This document shows positions 63,742 to 64,000 of a stretch of DNA of 64,000 bases, piece after piece. Both the position numbers and the translations under genes were made by a program. The DNA lies in assembly GCA_951406725.2 (NCBI GenBank), contig OX597817.1, positions 33,170,001-33,234,000 of the forward strand. Direction: 5' to 3'. Each line of letters begins with the position of its first letter. Positions within the stretch are counted from its first letter, which is position 1. The notes beneath the pieces are model-generated. The model made no database searches, was not told the origin of the DNA, and saw only the letters and a list, made by a program, of their open reading frames with translations. This stretch comes from Octopus vulgaris. Taxonomy: Eukaryota.

Positions 63742-64000
63742 ATAGAAAAAAAGAGAAAGTCCAAAGAAAGGAAAACAGAGAAAGAAAATCGCCAATGATA
63801 CACATGCGGTCACATATTGAAATGACTGGAAGGGAATGGGTGAAGAAAAAGATCTTTCAAAGACAGGAGAGTGCAAGCGAAGGAGGTATGTGTGGGTATG
63901 TGCGTGTGCGCAGGTCTGTGTGTGTGTGTGTGTGTGTTTGTACATACATACATATATGTATGCACATACAGACACACACACACACAGATACACACAGACA

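Overview
AT-rich, repeat-saturated eukaryotic DNA. The repeat repertoire (tRNA-headed SINEs, Nin-domain SINEs, RTE LINEs with (GAT)n tails, very long microsatellites) resembles a cephalopod, probably Octopus, intronic or intergenic region; the organism is an inference. I found no intact protein-coding gene. All recognisable ORFs are decayed transposons: RTE and CR1/L2 LINEs, a Gypsy LTR element, mariner/Tc1/Tigger copies, hAT and piggyBac MITEs, and a Penelope GIY-YIG fragment. The most interesting signal is a set of short Penelope-like fragments carrying minimal hammerhead-ribozyme (HHR) motifs. One has a fully canonical core (356-400, minus) and two have a U3-A8 pair in place of C3-G8. Two of these ribozymes lie upstream of a shared, synonymously diverged ORF start, M-T-[IL]-P-[KR]-x-N-x-I-C-F-N-T. 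One copy begins at the predicted cleavage site. Also notable are tandemly amplified pseudoknot-like modules in RTE 3' UTRs and a ~1.5-kb nested palindrome at 22928-24400. Coordinates were read by eye and may be off by a few bases. Family names are not database-verified.
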